Source of the DNA: a virus | Taxonomy: Duplodnaviria; Heunggongvirae; Uroviricota; Caudoviricetes | Direction: 5' to 3' (one strand) | Virus record (IMG/VR): IMGVR_UViG_2563366964_000003 | DNA length: 16,306 nt | Program-made: the position numbers and the translations under genes | Notes under the pieces: model-generated | Seen by the model: only the letters and a program-made list of their open reading frames with translations | What the model was told of the DNA's origin: nothing | Databases searched by the model: none | Shown: positions 8,202-16,306 of the stretch, in pieces | How positions within the stretch are numbered: position 1 is the first letter of the stretch | How the letters are laid out: every line of letters begins with the position of its first letter

Positions 8202-8238
8202 ACTATGTACATAAAAATATCATTTTTTTAATACATGT

Positions 8239-8430
8239 CTAATTATTGGACGAAATTGGTTTTTGCTTTGGTTTAGTTAGCCTAGCAATCAAGCCAGAGG
8301 CAATAATGATGATCCAAGCAATTTGATGCAATGCTACTCCAATATAAGAACCTTTATAGATAATAAAGGCATAGATCGCTAGAAACGAAATAAATATCCA
8401 TAACGAAAGTTGATAAATTTTGGCGCGCAT
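8239..8430 (-). CDS. Possible small membrane protein (63 aa from ATG; two hydrophobic segments)
   Basis: ORF in AT-rich cargo DNA, divergent from the lipoprotein operon; weak Shine-Dalgarno; could be a chance ORF in AT-rich sequence. Confidence 0.3.
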   Translation of the reverse strand: MRAKIYQLSLWIFISFLAIYAFIIYKGSYIGVALHQIAWIIIIASGLIARLTKPKQKPISSNN

Positions 8431-8686
8431 ATTTAATCCAATCAATCAGAAAGACGAGTAATCATAGAGGTACTATCACCCGGGTAACTATTGCTATTAT
8501 GAACGGATAGGATAGAGGCTTCAATAACATATGCATCAAGTATGATGGAATATGTAGGTGAAAATGACTTGTGTCAAATTTGTGGAAATGAGTACCATGT
8601 TTCTCTGAAATTGATGTCGTTAATGGCTAGTGATAGTGAACTTTTTTACTTTATAATTCCTTTGGTTATAACAATAAGGTAAATTT

Positions 8687-9247
8687 ATGAAGAAGATAAT
8701 ATTATTAGCCATGATTATTGGTTCTTTAACAGGTTGCGCTAGTGTGCCACCATTGAATTTTTCAACACCTAACGTGGGAGTTAGCCAGAAAAAAATAGAT
8801 GCTGAAATTAAGTCATTAACGGTATCACTTGCTCGTCCAGATGAGCAGAAAGGGGATATCACTGCTGGTATGGAGGCTATAACTCCAATTTGGCGTGAAT
8901 CTTTGCAGGAAGCACTCGACCGAATGACTATTTTTCGTGATAGTTCACCAAATACGGTTAGCTTAAATGTTAAAGTGTTGGCTCTTGACGTTCCTGCTTT
9001 TGGTGTTTCAATGACAACTAAAGCAATTGCAAGGTATGAAATAATCAACCGTGCGAATGGTGATATTATATATACGCAGGATATTGAGTCTACCGGTACT
9101 GTTCCAGCCAGTTACGCATTCTACGGTATTGTTCGAGCACGCGAATCTGTTAATCGCGCGGTGCAAAACAACATAACGCAGTTCTTGCAAGCATTAGAAA
9201 GTGTTGATCTTTCTCGTCCAATGTTTCCTGTTAGGGTAGCTAAATGA
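8687..9247 (+). CDS. Lipoprotein of unknown family, 186 aa (signal peptide plus lipobox LTGC)
   Basis: MKKIILLAMIIGSLTGC lipobox; AAGG Shine-Dalgarno; stop overlaps the start of the next gene (ATGA). Confidence 0.75.
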   Translation: MKKIILLAMIIGSLTGCASVPPLNFSTPNVGVSQKKIDAEIKSLTVSLARPDEQKGDITAGMEAITPIWRESLQEALDRMTIFRDSSPNTVSLNVKVLALDVPAFGVSMTTKAIARYEIINRANGDIIYTQDIESTGTVPASYAFYGIVRARESVNRAVQNNITQFLQALESVDLSRPMFPVRVAK

Positions 9248-9696
9248 AGCGATTATTCGTAATTGCTCCACTCTTAGTGTTGGTTGGATGCGCACAAAAT
9301 ATATCGCCAAATAGTTATTCTGTTGGCTCTGTGGGCATGGTTAATCGAACTATCGCTGGTACAGTTATTAGTGCTAGGGGGGTTGATATCAGTGGGACTT
9401 CCGCGTTAGGCGGGACTGCTGGGGCTGCCGTGGGGGCAACCGCTGGTTCTGCGCTTGGTGGGGGAGTTCGTTCTAATATCGTTGGTGCCGTTGGTGGTGC
9501 AGTCATTGGTGGTATTGCCGGGGCAGCAATCGAATCTTCAGCAACAAAACAAACAGGCATGGAATATGTTGTCGAAACTGAGAATGGGAATTTAATGACC
9601 ATTGTTCAAGGCAAAGATCCGTTATTTACTCAAGGAAGTAAGGTCCTTGTTTTATACGGAAACCCTTCTCGCATAATAACAGACCCGCGTCACTAA
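9244..9696 (+). CDS. SlyB/Pcp-like glycine-zipper outer-membrane lipoprotein, 150 aa (lipobox LVGC)
   Basis: Lipobox; glycine-zipper stretch (IVGAVGGAVIGGIAGAAI); C-terminal KQTGMEYVVETENGNLMTIVQGK resembles the SlyB C-terminal region (KTQGVELEIRKDDGNTIMVVQKQ) as I recall it. Confidence 0.8.
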   Translation: MKRLFVIAPLLVLVGCAQNISPNSYSVGSVGMVNRTIAGTVISARGVDISGTSALGGTAGAAVGATAGSALGGGVRSNIVGAVGGAVIGGIAGAAIESSATKQTGMEYVVETENGNLMTIVQGKDPLFTQGSKVLVLYGNPSRIITDPRH

Positions 9697-9788
9697 CATA
9701 CCTTTTGATTTTGTAAAATCAATTCGTAATAATAAAGTCATCGGAGCTTGAACAACTCCGGTGACTTCTGCGCTAAACGGGGACGTTT

Positions 9789-9890
9789 ATGCGCACATAC
9801 AATCCAAACTCTCTTCTCCCTTCACAGATGCAGAAATGCACCTGCGATTTTTTGCATCCAGCGTCTGACCTCTGCGGAGGTGAAGCGTGA
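9789..9890 (+). CDS. ylcH: Small DLP12-type protein YlcH-like, 33 aa ([33 protein letters not shown])
   Basis: Short ORF whose stop overlaps the ybcN GTG start; resembles remembered YlcH. Confidence 0.55.
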   Translation: MRTYNPNSLLPSQMQKCTCDFLHPASDLCGGEA

Positions 9891-10342
9891 ACCTACCACA
9901 AGATGGCATCAAACTGCATCGCGGTAACTTCACCGCTATCGGCCAGCAGATCCAGCCTTATCTGGAGGACGGAAAATGCTTTCGCATGGTGCTTAAACCG
10001 TGGCGTGAGAAACGCAGTCTTTCCCAGAATGCACTCAGCCACATGTGGTACAGCGAAATCAGTGAATACCTCATCAGCAGGGGGAAATCGTTCGCTACCG
10101 CAGCATGGGTAAAAGATGCTCTCAAACACACATACCTCGGTTATGAAACCAAGGACCTGGTTGATGTCGTAACCGGCGAAATCACTACTATCCAGTCGTT
10201 ACGCCATACCTCCGATCTTGATACCGGAGAGATGTATATCTTCCTGTGTAAGGTTGAAGCCTGGGCGGTGAATATTGGCTGCCACCTGACTATTCCGCAG
10301 AGCTGCGAGTTCCAGCAGCTCCGCGACAAACAGGAGGCGTAA
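9887..10342 (+). CDS. ybcN: YbcN, DLP12-type prophage protein (DNA base-flipping protein), 151 aa, GTG start
   Basis: Translation [48 protein letters not shown]... matches YbcN from memory. Confidence 0.9.
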   Translation: MNLPQDGIKLHRGNFTAIGQQIQPYLEDGKCFRMVLKPWREKRSLSQNALSHMWYSEISEYLISRGKSFATAAWVKDALKHTYLGYETKDLVDVVTGEITTIQSLRHTSDLDTGEMYIFLCKVEAWAVNIGCHLTIPQSCEFQQLRDKQEA

Positions 10343-10512
10343 TGGCTACACCGCTTATTCGTGTCATGAACGGACACATCTACAGAGTACCAAATCGTCG
10401 TAAGCGTAAACCGGAGCTGAAGCCTTCCGAAATACCAACACTGCTCGGATATACCGCCAGCCTGGTTGATAAAAAATGGTTGCGACTGGCAGCAAGGAGG
10501 AGTCATGGCTGA
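10342..10512 (+). CDS. ninE: NinE, 56 aa
   Basis: [56 protein letters not shown]; TAATG overlap with ybcN; under 60 aa so absent from the ORF track. Confidence 0.85.
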   Translation: MATPLIRVMNGHIYRVPNRRKRKPELKPSEIPTLLGYTASLVDKKWLRLAARRSHG

Positions 10513-10795
10513 TTTGAGAAAAGCAGCGCGTGGTCGGGAATGCCAGGTAAGAATCCCTGGCGTATGTAATGGCAACCCTGAAACGTCTGTACTGGCACAT
10601 ATCCGGCTGACTGGATTGTGCGGCACCGGTACGAAACCGCCAGACCTGATTGCCACCATTGCATGTTCTGCCTGCCACGACGAAATCGACCGCCGCACAC
10701 ATTTTGTCGATGCTGCATATGCAAAAGAATGCGCGCTGGAAGGTATGGCGAGAACACAGGTTATCTGGCTGAAAGAGGGGGTTATTAAGGCGTGA
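10505..10795 (+). CDS. ybcO: YbcO, DLP12-type nuclease-like protein (DUF1364), 96 aa
   Basis: [35 protein letters not shown]... with conserved Cys motifs; ATG at 10505 inside the longer tracked ORF. Confidence 0.9.
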   Translation: MADLRKAARGRECQVRIPGVCNGNPETSVLAHIRLTGLCGTGTKPPDLIATIACSACHDEIDRRTHFVDAAYAKECALEGMARTQVIWLKEGVIKA

Positions 10796-11154
10796 ATACC
10801 TACAGCATCACATTACCCTGGCCTCCGAGCAATAATCGCTATTACCGCCATAATCGCGGGCGCACACACATCAGCGCAGAAGGGCAGGCATACCGCGATA
10901 ACGTCACCCGAATCATTAAAAACGCAATGCTGGATATCGGCCTGGCTATGCCAGTGAAAATCCGTATTGAGTGCCACATGCCGGATCGCCGTCGCCGTGA
11001 CCTGGATAATCTGCAAAAAGCCGCTTTTGACGCACTCACCAAAGCAGGTTTCTGGCTGGATGATGCTCAGGTCGTTGATTACCGCGTTGTGAAGATGCCT
11101 GTTACCAAAGGTGGGAGGCTGGAACTGACCATCACCGAAATGGGGAATGAATGA
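10792..11154 (+). CDS. rusA: RusA Holliday-junction resolvase, 120 aa, GTG start overlapping the ybcO stop
   Basis: Translation [38 protein letters not shown]... matches RusA. Confidence 0.95.
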   Translation: MNTYSITLPWPPSNNRYYRHNRGRTHISAEGQAYRDNVTRIIKNAMLDIGLAMPVKIRIECHMPDRRRRDLDNLQKAAFDALTKAGFWLDDAQVVDYRVVKMPVTKGGRLELTITEMGNE

Positions 11155-11291
11155 TGTTTGAGTTTAATATGGCAGAACTTCTTCGCCACCGCTGGATGCG
11201 CCTGCGCTTATATCGTTTCCCCAGTTCTGTTTTGACCGATTACCGAATACTGAGGAATTACGCCAAAACCCTGACAGGAGCAGGAGTATGA
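11151..11291 (+). CDS. ylcG: YlcG-like small protein, 46 aa ([46 protein letters not shown])
   Basis: Short ORF overlapping the rusA stop; matches remembered DLP12 YlcG. Confidence 0.7.
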   Translation: MMFEFNMAELLRHRWMRLRLYRFPSSVLTDYRILRNYAKTLTGAGV

Positions 11292-11376
11292 AGTCAGAGA
11301 TAACAATCAACTAATACTGTTTTATTGATTTTTGCTTGTAATTGGCGTTCTGGTCTGATTTTTGTGGAGTAAGTTG

Positions 11377-11760
11377 ATGCGTGATATTCAGATGGTTCTT
11401 GAGCGTTGGGGAGCGTGGGCGGCTAATAATCATGAAGATGTGACCTGGTCGTCCATTGCCGCCGGTTTTAAGGGATTAATTACTTCAAAAGTAAAATCTC
11501 GCCCGCAATGTTGTGACGATGACGCGATGATCATTTGCGGGTGCATGGCCCGTCTGAAAAAGAACAACAGCGATTTGCACGATTTATTAGTAGATTATTA
11601 TGTAGTCGGTATGACATTCATGTCACTGGCAGGTAAGCATTGCTGCTCTGATGGTTATATCGGGAAAAGGTTACAGAAGGCTGAGGGTATAATTGAAGGG
11701 ATGTTAATGGCATTAGATATCCGGTTAGAGATGGATATCGTTGTTAATAACTCTAATTAA
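11377..11760 (+). CDS. quuD: Late-gene antiterminator Q (QuuD-type), 127 aa
   Basis: [33 protein letters not shown]... with Cys-rich zinc-binding region; matches DLP12 Q. Confidence 0.9.
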   Translation: MRDIQMVLERWGAWAANNHEDVTWSSIAAGFKGLITSKVKSRPQCCDDDAMIICGCMARLKKNNSDLHDLLVDYYVVGMTFMSLAGKHCCSDGYIGKRLQKAEGIIEGMLMALDIRLEMDIVVNNSN

Positions 11761-11775
11761 TATGCCAATTGTTTA

Positions 11776-11811
11776 CTAAAAATTATTAAAAATGGGGCGT
11801 TGAGACGCCCC
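11776..11811 (-). terminator. Hairpin GGGGCGT-tgag-ACGCCCC with a U-rich tail on the minus strand; probable terminator for nmpC
   Basis: Perfect 7-bp GC-rich stem at 11794-11811; minus-strand RNA follows it with auuuuuaauaauuuuu. Confidence 0.5.
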
Positions 11812-11899
11812 CAAAAATAAAGGGTAATATATAACAGAAGGTTTATATAGTTAGAAGCAAGGTTGTGCTCCTAAAGGAAGTGGCTTGAGGGAGCCACTT

Positions 11900-11939
11900 A
11901 TATGTTGGGGAGGCAAAGCCTCCCCAACATATCTTTTAG
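11900..11939 (+). terminator. Strong hairpin (atatgttggggaggc-aaa-gcctccccaacatat) followed by cttttag; probable tR'-type terminator downstream of the Q-dependent late promoter region
   Basis: 15-bp perfect stem with T-run on the plus strand, between Q and the convergent nmpC. Confidence 0.55.
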
Positions 11940-11947
11940 TAATCAAA

Positions 11948-13030
11948 TTAGAACTGGTAAACCATACCTACAGCAACGATATCATCGGTAGCAACGCCAG
12001 ATGCTTTCGTGAAATCGCTCTTATCAATCAGGTTGATTTTGTAATCAACAAAAGTGGACATATTTTTGTTGAAGTAATAGGTTGCACCTACATCAATATA
12101 TTCAACCAGGTCCTGATCACCCCACGCACCCAAGTCTTTTCCTTTAGATTGCAGGTAAGCAACGGACGGACGCAGACCGAAGTCGAACTGATATTGTGCA
12201 ACTACTTCGAAGTTTTGTGCTTTGTTGGCAATATGGTTATTACCAAAAACAGTCATGTTCTGGGTTTCAGAATAGGTGGTAGCCAGATAGATGTTGTTCG
12301 CATCATATTTCAGACCAGCTGCCCATACTTCAGCATTTTGACCAGATGCATTCAGGCTGTTGTTACCGTAGATAACCTGATTATTAGTGCGGTCAGATTT
12401 AGCATAGGTTGCACCTACACCGAATCCTTCATACTCATAAGTAGTGGAGAAACCGAAACCATCACCATTAGCTTCAGTTACGTCAGTGCGGTCATTTTTA
12501 CCCTGATACTGAGCAGCAAAGTTCAGACCATCAACCAGACCAAAGAAGTCATTGTTACGATAAGTTGCAACACCTGTGGTGCGACCAGTCATGAATACAT
12601 CTGTTTGGGTCCAGGTATCGCCACCGAATTCTGGCAGAACGTCGGTCCATGCACCAATATCGTATGCTACACCGTAGTTACGGCCATAATCGATGGAGCC
12701 GTAGTCACCGAATTTCAGGCCAGCGAAGGCAAGACGGGTTTTATCTTTGGAGGAACCTTGAGATTCAGCGCGGTTGCCTTTGAATTCATATTCCCACTGA
12801 CCGAAACCAGTCAGTTGATCGTTGATTTGGGTTTCACCTTTGAAGCCAAGACGGGCATAAGTAGTATCACCATCATCTGCATCATTAGAGGAGAAGTAGT
12901 GCTTAGCATTAACTTTCCCGTACAGATCCAGCTTGTTACTGTCTTTATTATAAATTTCAGCTGCCTGAGCAGACATCGCCATCAGTACTGATGCAGCTAC
13001 AGCAGAAATTGCCACTGTTAATTTTTTCAT
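11948..13030 (-). CDS. nmpC: OmpC/OmpF-family general porin (NmpC/OmpD-like), about 360 aa with signal peptide; apparently intact
   Basis: Signal peptide [23 protein letters not shown]; porin motifs; C-terminal ...VAVGMVYQF; AAGGG Shine-Dalgarno. The tracked ORF starts 20 codons upstream but MKKL is the plausible start. Confidence 0.9.
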   Translation of the reverse strand: MKKLTVAISAVAASVLMAMSAQAAEIYNKDSNKLDLYGKVNAKHYFSSNDADDGDTTYARLGFKGETQINDQLTGFGQWEYEFKGNRAESQGSSKDKTRLAFAGLKFGDYGSIDYGRNYGVAYDIGAWTDVLPEFGGDTWTQTDVFMTGRTTGVATYRNNDFFGLVDGLNFAAQYQGKNDRTDVTEANGDGFGFSTTYEYEGFGVGATYAKSDRTNNQVIYGNNSLNASGQNAEVWAAGLKYDANNIYLATTYSETQNMTVFGNNHIANKAQNFEVVAQYQFDFGLRPSVAYLQSKGKDLGAWGDQDLVEYIDVGATYYFNKNMSTFVDYKINLIDKSDFTKASGVATDDIVAVGMVYQF

Positions 13031-13456
13031 CGTGAGCCCTTTTTTTGAACTATTATTAAAAAATGATGTCACTGCGCGATAAATATTCATCTAATCAATG
13101 TGATTATTTCAAGATGTAAGTTTTGCTTTCTCATTTGATTTGTGAAGTAGATCTCTATTTTTATCTGAACTTTTTCTATCGAATCCTATTCATGGCTCTT
13201 GGCTGAATAAAAATAAATCTATTAGCCAATTTATATTAATGGCTGTTATTTATAAGTGCTCTATAATTTGAAGATTCAATTTAAACCAGCTAAAAATAAC
13301 GCTGGAAATTATTTGTTGGTTATTTGTTGAGATTTGCTTATGTATTTGTAGTGGTGTTTTCAATACTCGGTAGCATTCTCGCAAATATCATTTAGTGGTT
13401 TACGTACGTAAAAAATTGGTTATGCTGTTAAGAGTGGTTACTTCGTCACACAGCTT

Positions 13457-13489
13457 AAACCCGCCGTCGAGCGGGTTTTTCCATTTTTT
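13457..13489 (+). terminator. Intrinsic terminator (aaacccgc-cgtcga-gcgggttt followed by ttccatttttt) upstream of the lysis cassette
   Basis: 8-bp stem plus T-tract on the plus strand. Confidence 0.55.
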
Positions 13490-13617
13490 GAGTCTCGATA
13501 TTAGCTGATAACCCAATACCTGAGTTATTCACTGACTCCGAGTCTGTTACGTTTCTGCTTTTTTGCGATACGTTGTATTCCCTCAATTTACACCCGCTTT
13601 GTCTGCGAGGTGGGGTT

Positions 13618-13833
13618 ATGAAATCCATGGATAAGTTAACAACGGGTGTCGCCTATGGCACCTCAGCAGGTAGTGCCGGTTACTGGTTTTTACAGCTGCT
13701 CGATAAAGTCACGCCCTCACAGTGGGCAGCAATAGGTGTGCTGGGTAGCCTGGTATTTGGCCTGCTGACGTACCTGACAAACCTTTATTTCAAGATTAAA
13801 GAAGATAAGCGCAAGGCTGCGAGAGGTGAATAA
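13618..13833 (+). CDS. essD: Holin (phage-21 S-type pinholin), 71 aa with dual-start MKSM motif
   Basis: [71 protein letters not shown]. Confidence 0.9.
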
Positions 13834-14330
13834 TGCCTCCATCATTACGAAAAGCCGTTGCTGCTGCTATTGGTGGCGGAGCAATTGCTATAGCATCAGT
13901 GTTAATTACTGGCCCAAGTGGTAACGATGGTCTGGAAGGTGTCAGCTACGTACCATACAAAGATATCGTTGGCGTATGGACTGTATGTCACGGACACACC
14001 GGAAAAGACATCATGCTCGGTAAAACGTATACCAAAGCAGAATGCAAAGCACTCTTGAATAAAGACCTTGCCACTGTCGCCAGACAAATTAACCCGTACA
14101 TCAAAGTCGATATACCGGAAACAACGCGCGGCGCTCTTTACTCATTCGTTTACAACGTGGGTGCTGGCAATTTCAGAACATCGACGCTTCTTCGCAAAAT
14201 AAACCAGGGCGATATCAAAGGCGCATGTGATCAGCTACGTCGCTGGACATATGCTGGCGGTAAGCAATGGAAAGGTCTCATGACTCGTCGTGAGATTGAG
14301 CGTGAAATCTGTTTGTGGGGTCAGCAATGA
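13833..14330 (+). CDS. rrrD: SAR endolysin (lysozyme) with N-terminal signal-anchor-release domain, 165 aa
   Basis: Gly/Ala-rich SAR N-terminus followed by T4-lysozyme-like catalytic region; matches DLP12 and phage-21 R. Confidence 0.93.
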   Translation: MPPSLRKAVAAAIGGGAIAIASVLITGPSGNDGLEGVSYVPYKDIVGVWTVCHGHTGKDIMLGKTYTKAECKALLNKDLATVARQINPYIKVDIPETTRGALYSFVYNVGAGNFRTSTLLRKINQGDIKGACDQLRRWTYAGGKQWKGLMTRREIEREICLWGQQ

Positions 14331-14788
14331 ACAGAGTAACCGCGATTATCTCCGCTCTGGTTATCTGCATCATCGTCTACCTGTCATGGGCTGTTAATCA
14401 TTACCGTGATAACGCCATTACCTACAAAGCCCAGCGCGACAAAAATGCCAGAGAACTGAAGCTGGCGAACGCGGCAATTACTGACATGCAGATGCGTCAG
14501 CGTGATGTTGCTGCGCTCGATGCAAAATACACGAAGGAGTTAGCTGATGCGAAAGCTGAAAATGATGCTCTGCGTGATGATGTTGCCGCTGGTCGTCGTC
14601 GGTTGCACATCAAAGCAGTCTGTCAGTCAGTGCGTGAAGCCACCACCGCCTCCGGCGTGGATAATGCAGCCTCCCCCCGACTGGCAGACACCGCTGAACG
14701 GGATTATTTCACCCTCAGAGAGAGGCTGATCACTATGCAAAAACAACTGGAAGGAACCCAGAAGTATATTAATGAGCAGTGCAGATAG
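14327..14788 (+). CDS. rzpD: Rz i-spanin (inner-membrane spanin), 153 aa
   Basis: N-terminal TM segment plus coiled-coil; ATG at 14327 overlapping the rrrD stop. Confidence 0.9.
   Translation: MNRVTAIISALVICIIVYLSWAVNHYRDNAITYKAQRDKNARELKLANAAITDMQMRQRDVAALDAKYTKELADAKAENDALRDDVAAGRRRLHIKAVCQSVREATTASGVDNAASPRLADTAERDYFTLRERLITMQKQLEGTQKYINEQCR
14547..14729 (+). CDS. rzoD: Rz1 o-spanin lipoprotein, 60 aa, embedded in the +1 frame of Rz; proline-rich
   Basis: [20 protein letters not shown] lipobox and PPPPP tract, wholly inside rzpD. Confidence 0.85.
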   Translation: MRKLKMMLCVMMLPLVVVGCTSKQSVSQCVKPPPPPAWIMQPPPDWQTPLNGIISPSERG

Positions 14789-14819
14789 AGTTGCCCATAT
14801 CGATGGGCAACTCATGCAA

Positions 14820-15113
14820 TTATTGTGAGCAATACACACGCGCTTCCAGCGGAGTATAAATGCCTAAAGTAATAAAACCGAGCAATCCATTTACGAATGT
14901 TTGCTGGGTTTCTGTTTTAACAACATTTTCTGCGCCGCCACAAATTTTGGCTGCATCGACAGTTTTCTTCTGCCCAATTCCAGAAACGAAGAAATGATGG
15001 GTGATGGTTTCCTTTGGTGCTACTGCTGCCGGTTTGTTTTGAACAGTAAACGTCTGTTGAGCACATCCTGTAATAAGCAGGGCCAGCGCAGTAGCGAGTA
15101 GCATTTTTTTCAT
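14820..15113 (-). CDS. borD: Bor lipoprotein (serum-resistance-associated outer-membrane lipoprotein), 97 aa
   Basis: MKKMLLATALALLITGCAQQTFTVQNKPAAVAPKETITHHFFVSGIGQKKTVD... matches Bor. Confidence 0.93.
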   Translation of the reverse strand: MKKMLLATALALLITGCAQQTFTVQNKPAAVAPKETITHHFFVSGIGQKKTVDAAKICGGAENVVKTETQQTFVNGLLGFITLGIYTPLEARVYCSQ

Positions 15114-15403
15114 GGTGTTATTCCCGATGCTTTTTGAAGTTCGCAGAATCGTATGTGTAGAAAATTAAACAAACCCTAAACAATGAGTTGAAATTTCATA
15201 TTGTTAATATTTATTAATGTATGTCAGGTGCGATGAATCGTCATTGTATTCCCGGATTAACTATGTCCACAGCCCTGACGGGGAACTTCTCTGCGGGAGT
15301 GTCCGGGAATAATTAAAAACGATGCACACAGGGTTTAGCGCGTACACGTATTGCATTATGCCAACGCCCCGGTGCTGACACGGAAGAAACCGGACGTTAT
15401 GAT

Positions 15404-15814
15404 TTAGCGTGGAAAGATTTGTGTAGTGTTCTGAATGCTCTCAGTAAATAGTAATGAATTATCAAAGGTATAGTAATATCTTTTATGTTCATGGATATTT
15501 GTAACCCATCGGAAAACTCCTGCTTTAGCAAGATTTTCCCTGTATTGCTGAAATGTGATTTCTCTTGATTTCAACCTATCATAGGACGTTTCTATAAGAT
15601 GCGTGTTTCTTGAGAATTTAACATTTACAACCTTTTTAAGTCCTTTTATTAACACGGTGTTATCGTTTTCTAACACGATGTGAATATTATCTGTGGCTAG
15701 ATAGTAAATATAATGTGAGACGTTGTGACGTTTTAGTTCAGAATAAAACAATTCACAGTTTAAATCTTTTCGCACTTGATCGAATATTTCTTTAAAAATG
15801 GCAACCTGAGCCAT
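15404..15814 (-). CDS. ybcV: YbcV-like DUF1398 protein (136 aa from the ATG with GGAAGG Shine-Dalgarno; the open frame extends upstream to a GTG at 15937)
   Basis: Translation ...[47 protein letters not shown]... matches DLP12 YbcV; start chosen on ribosome-binding-site quality. Confidence 0.8.
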   Translation of the reverse strand: MAQVAIFKEIFDQVRKDLNCELFYSELKRHNVSHYIYYLATDNIHIVLENDNTVLIKGLKKVVNVKFSRNTHLIETSYDRLKSREITFQQYRENLAKAGVFRWVTNIHEHKRYYYTFDNSLLFTESIQNTTQIFPR

Positions 15815-16099
15815 TGGTAAAACCTTCCATGTGATACGAGGGCGCGTAGTTTGCATTATCGTTTTTATCGTTTCAATCTGGTCTGACCTCTTTGTGTTTT
15901 GTTGATGATTTATGTCAAATATTAGGAATGTTTTCACTTAATAGTATTGGTTGCGTAACAAAGTGCGGTCCTGCTGGCATTCTGGAGGGAAATACAACCG
16001 ACAGATGTATGTAAGGCCAACGTGCTCAAATCTTCATACAGAAAGATTTGAAGTAATATTTTAACCGCTAGATGAAGAGCAAGCGCATGGAGCGACAAA

Positions 16100-16306
16100 A
16101 TGAATAAAGAACAATCTGCTGATGATCCCTCCGTGGATCTGATTCGTGTAAAAAATATGCTTAATAGCACCATTTCTATGAGTTACCCTGATGTTGTAAT
16201 TGCATGTATAGAACATAAGGTGTCTCTGGAAGCATTCAGAGCAATTGAGGCAGCGTTGGTGAAGCACGATAATAATATGAAGGATTATTCCCTGGTGGTT
16301 GACTGA
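16100..16306 (+). CDS. ybcW: YbcW-like small protein, 68 aa
   Basis: [68 protein letters not shown]; divergent from ybcV. Confidence 0.8.

Noticed and set aside
8542-8682. 46-codon plus-strand ORF with a CxxC motif just upstream of the lipoprotein gene
   Set aside because: No Shine-Dalgarno; lies in AT-rich promoter DNA and contains the lipoprotein gene's ribosome-binding site; most likely a chance ORF.
9315-9602. 95-aa minus-strand ORF and repetitive GGx-rich DNA
   Set aside because: The repetition is the glycine-zipper coding region of the SlyB-like gene, not a tandem repeat or CRISPR array; the antisense ORF is a by-product of the Gly/Ala codon repeats.
8080-9790. Expectation of repressor and replication genes (cI, cro, N, O, P) between bet and the nin-like genes
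   Set aside because: None found in any frame; the interval holds only the ren remnant and the AT-rich lipoprotein cargo, so the prophage is defective rather than an intact λ-like phage.
10141-10702. 185-aa and 112-aa minus-strand ORFs
   Set aside because: Antisense to the well-supported ybcN-ninE-ybcO genes; no ribosome-binding site and no recognisable product.
11885-12991. 368-aa plus-strand ORF
   Set aside because: Lies entirely antisense to the porin gene nmpC, whose translation is a clear OmpC-family match; the antisense frame has low-complexity, non-protein-like composition.
14627-14839. 70-aa minus-strand ORF
   Set aside because: Antisense to rzpD/rzoD; Gly/Cys-rich translation is an artefact of the proline-rich Rz1 region on the other strand.
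1-16306. tRNA, rRNA or CRISPR array
   Set aside because: No cloverleaf-like tRNA candidate near attL (attλ is not a tRNA site) and no regularly spaced direct repeats anywhere in the window.

Overview
This window is the left end of a defective lambdoid prophage integrated at the E. coli attλ site, plus the flanking host gene ybhC. All calls rest on reading the six-frame translations and the DNA by eye and on recalled protein families; no database search was run. Layout: ybhC (1-1284, -), attL with the λ core GCTTTTTTATACTAA (1331-1345), then λ-type int and xis, an orf55-like ORF, and an intact IS1 (2977-3744) with an 8-bp target duplication. A leftward early block follows (3751-7636): a 142-aa hypothetical, an opal-interrupted small ORF, a low-GC gene for a secreted Cys-rich protein, an ea22-like ORF with an in-frame TGA, a TraR/DksA-like zinc finger, small ORFs and intact exo. 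bet is truncated and abuts a ren 3' remnant at about 8079, so gam through P, including N, cI, cro and the replication genes, are absent. Next comes an AT-rich cargo island (about 8202-9788) encoding a lipoprotein of unknown family translationally coupled to a SlyB/Pcp-like glycine-zipper lipoprotein; this is my best candidate for an undescribed system, possibly envelope remodelling or superinfection exclusion. The right side is DLP12-like: ylcH, ybcN, ninE, ybcO, rusA, ylcG, quuD, an intact nmpC porin gene, the essD-rrrD-rzpD/rzoD lysis cassette, borD, ybcV and ybcW. No tRNA, rRNA or CRISPR array was seen.
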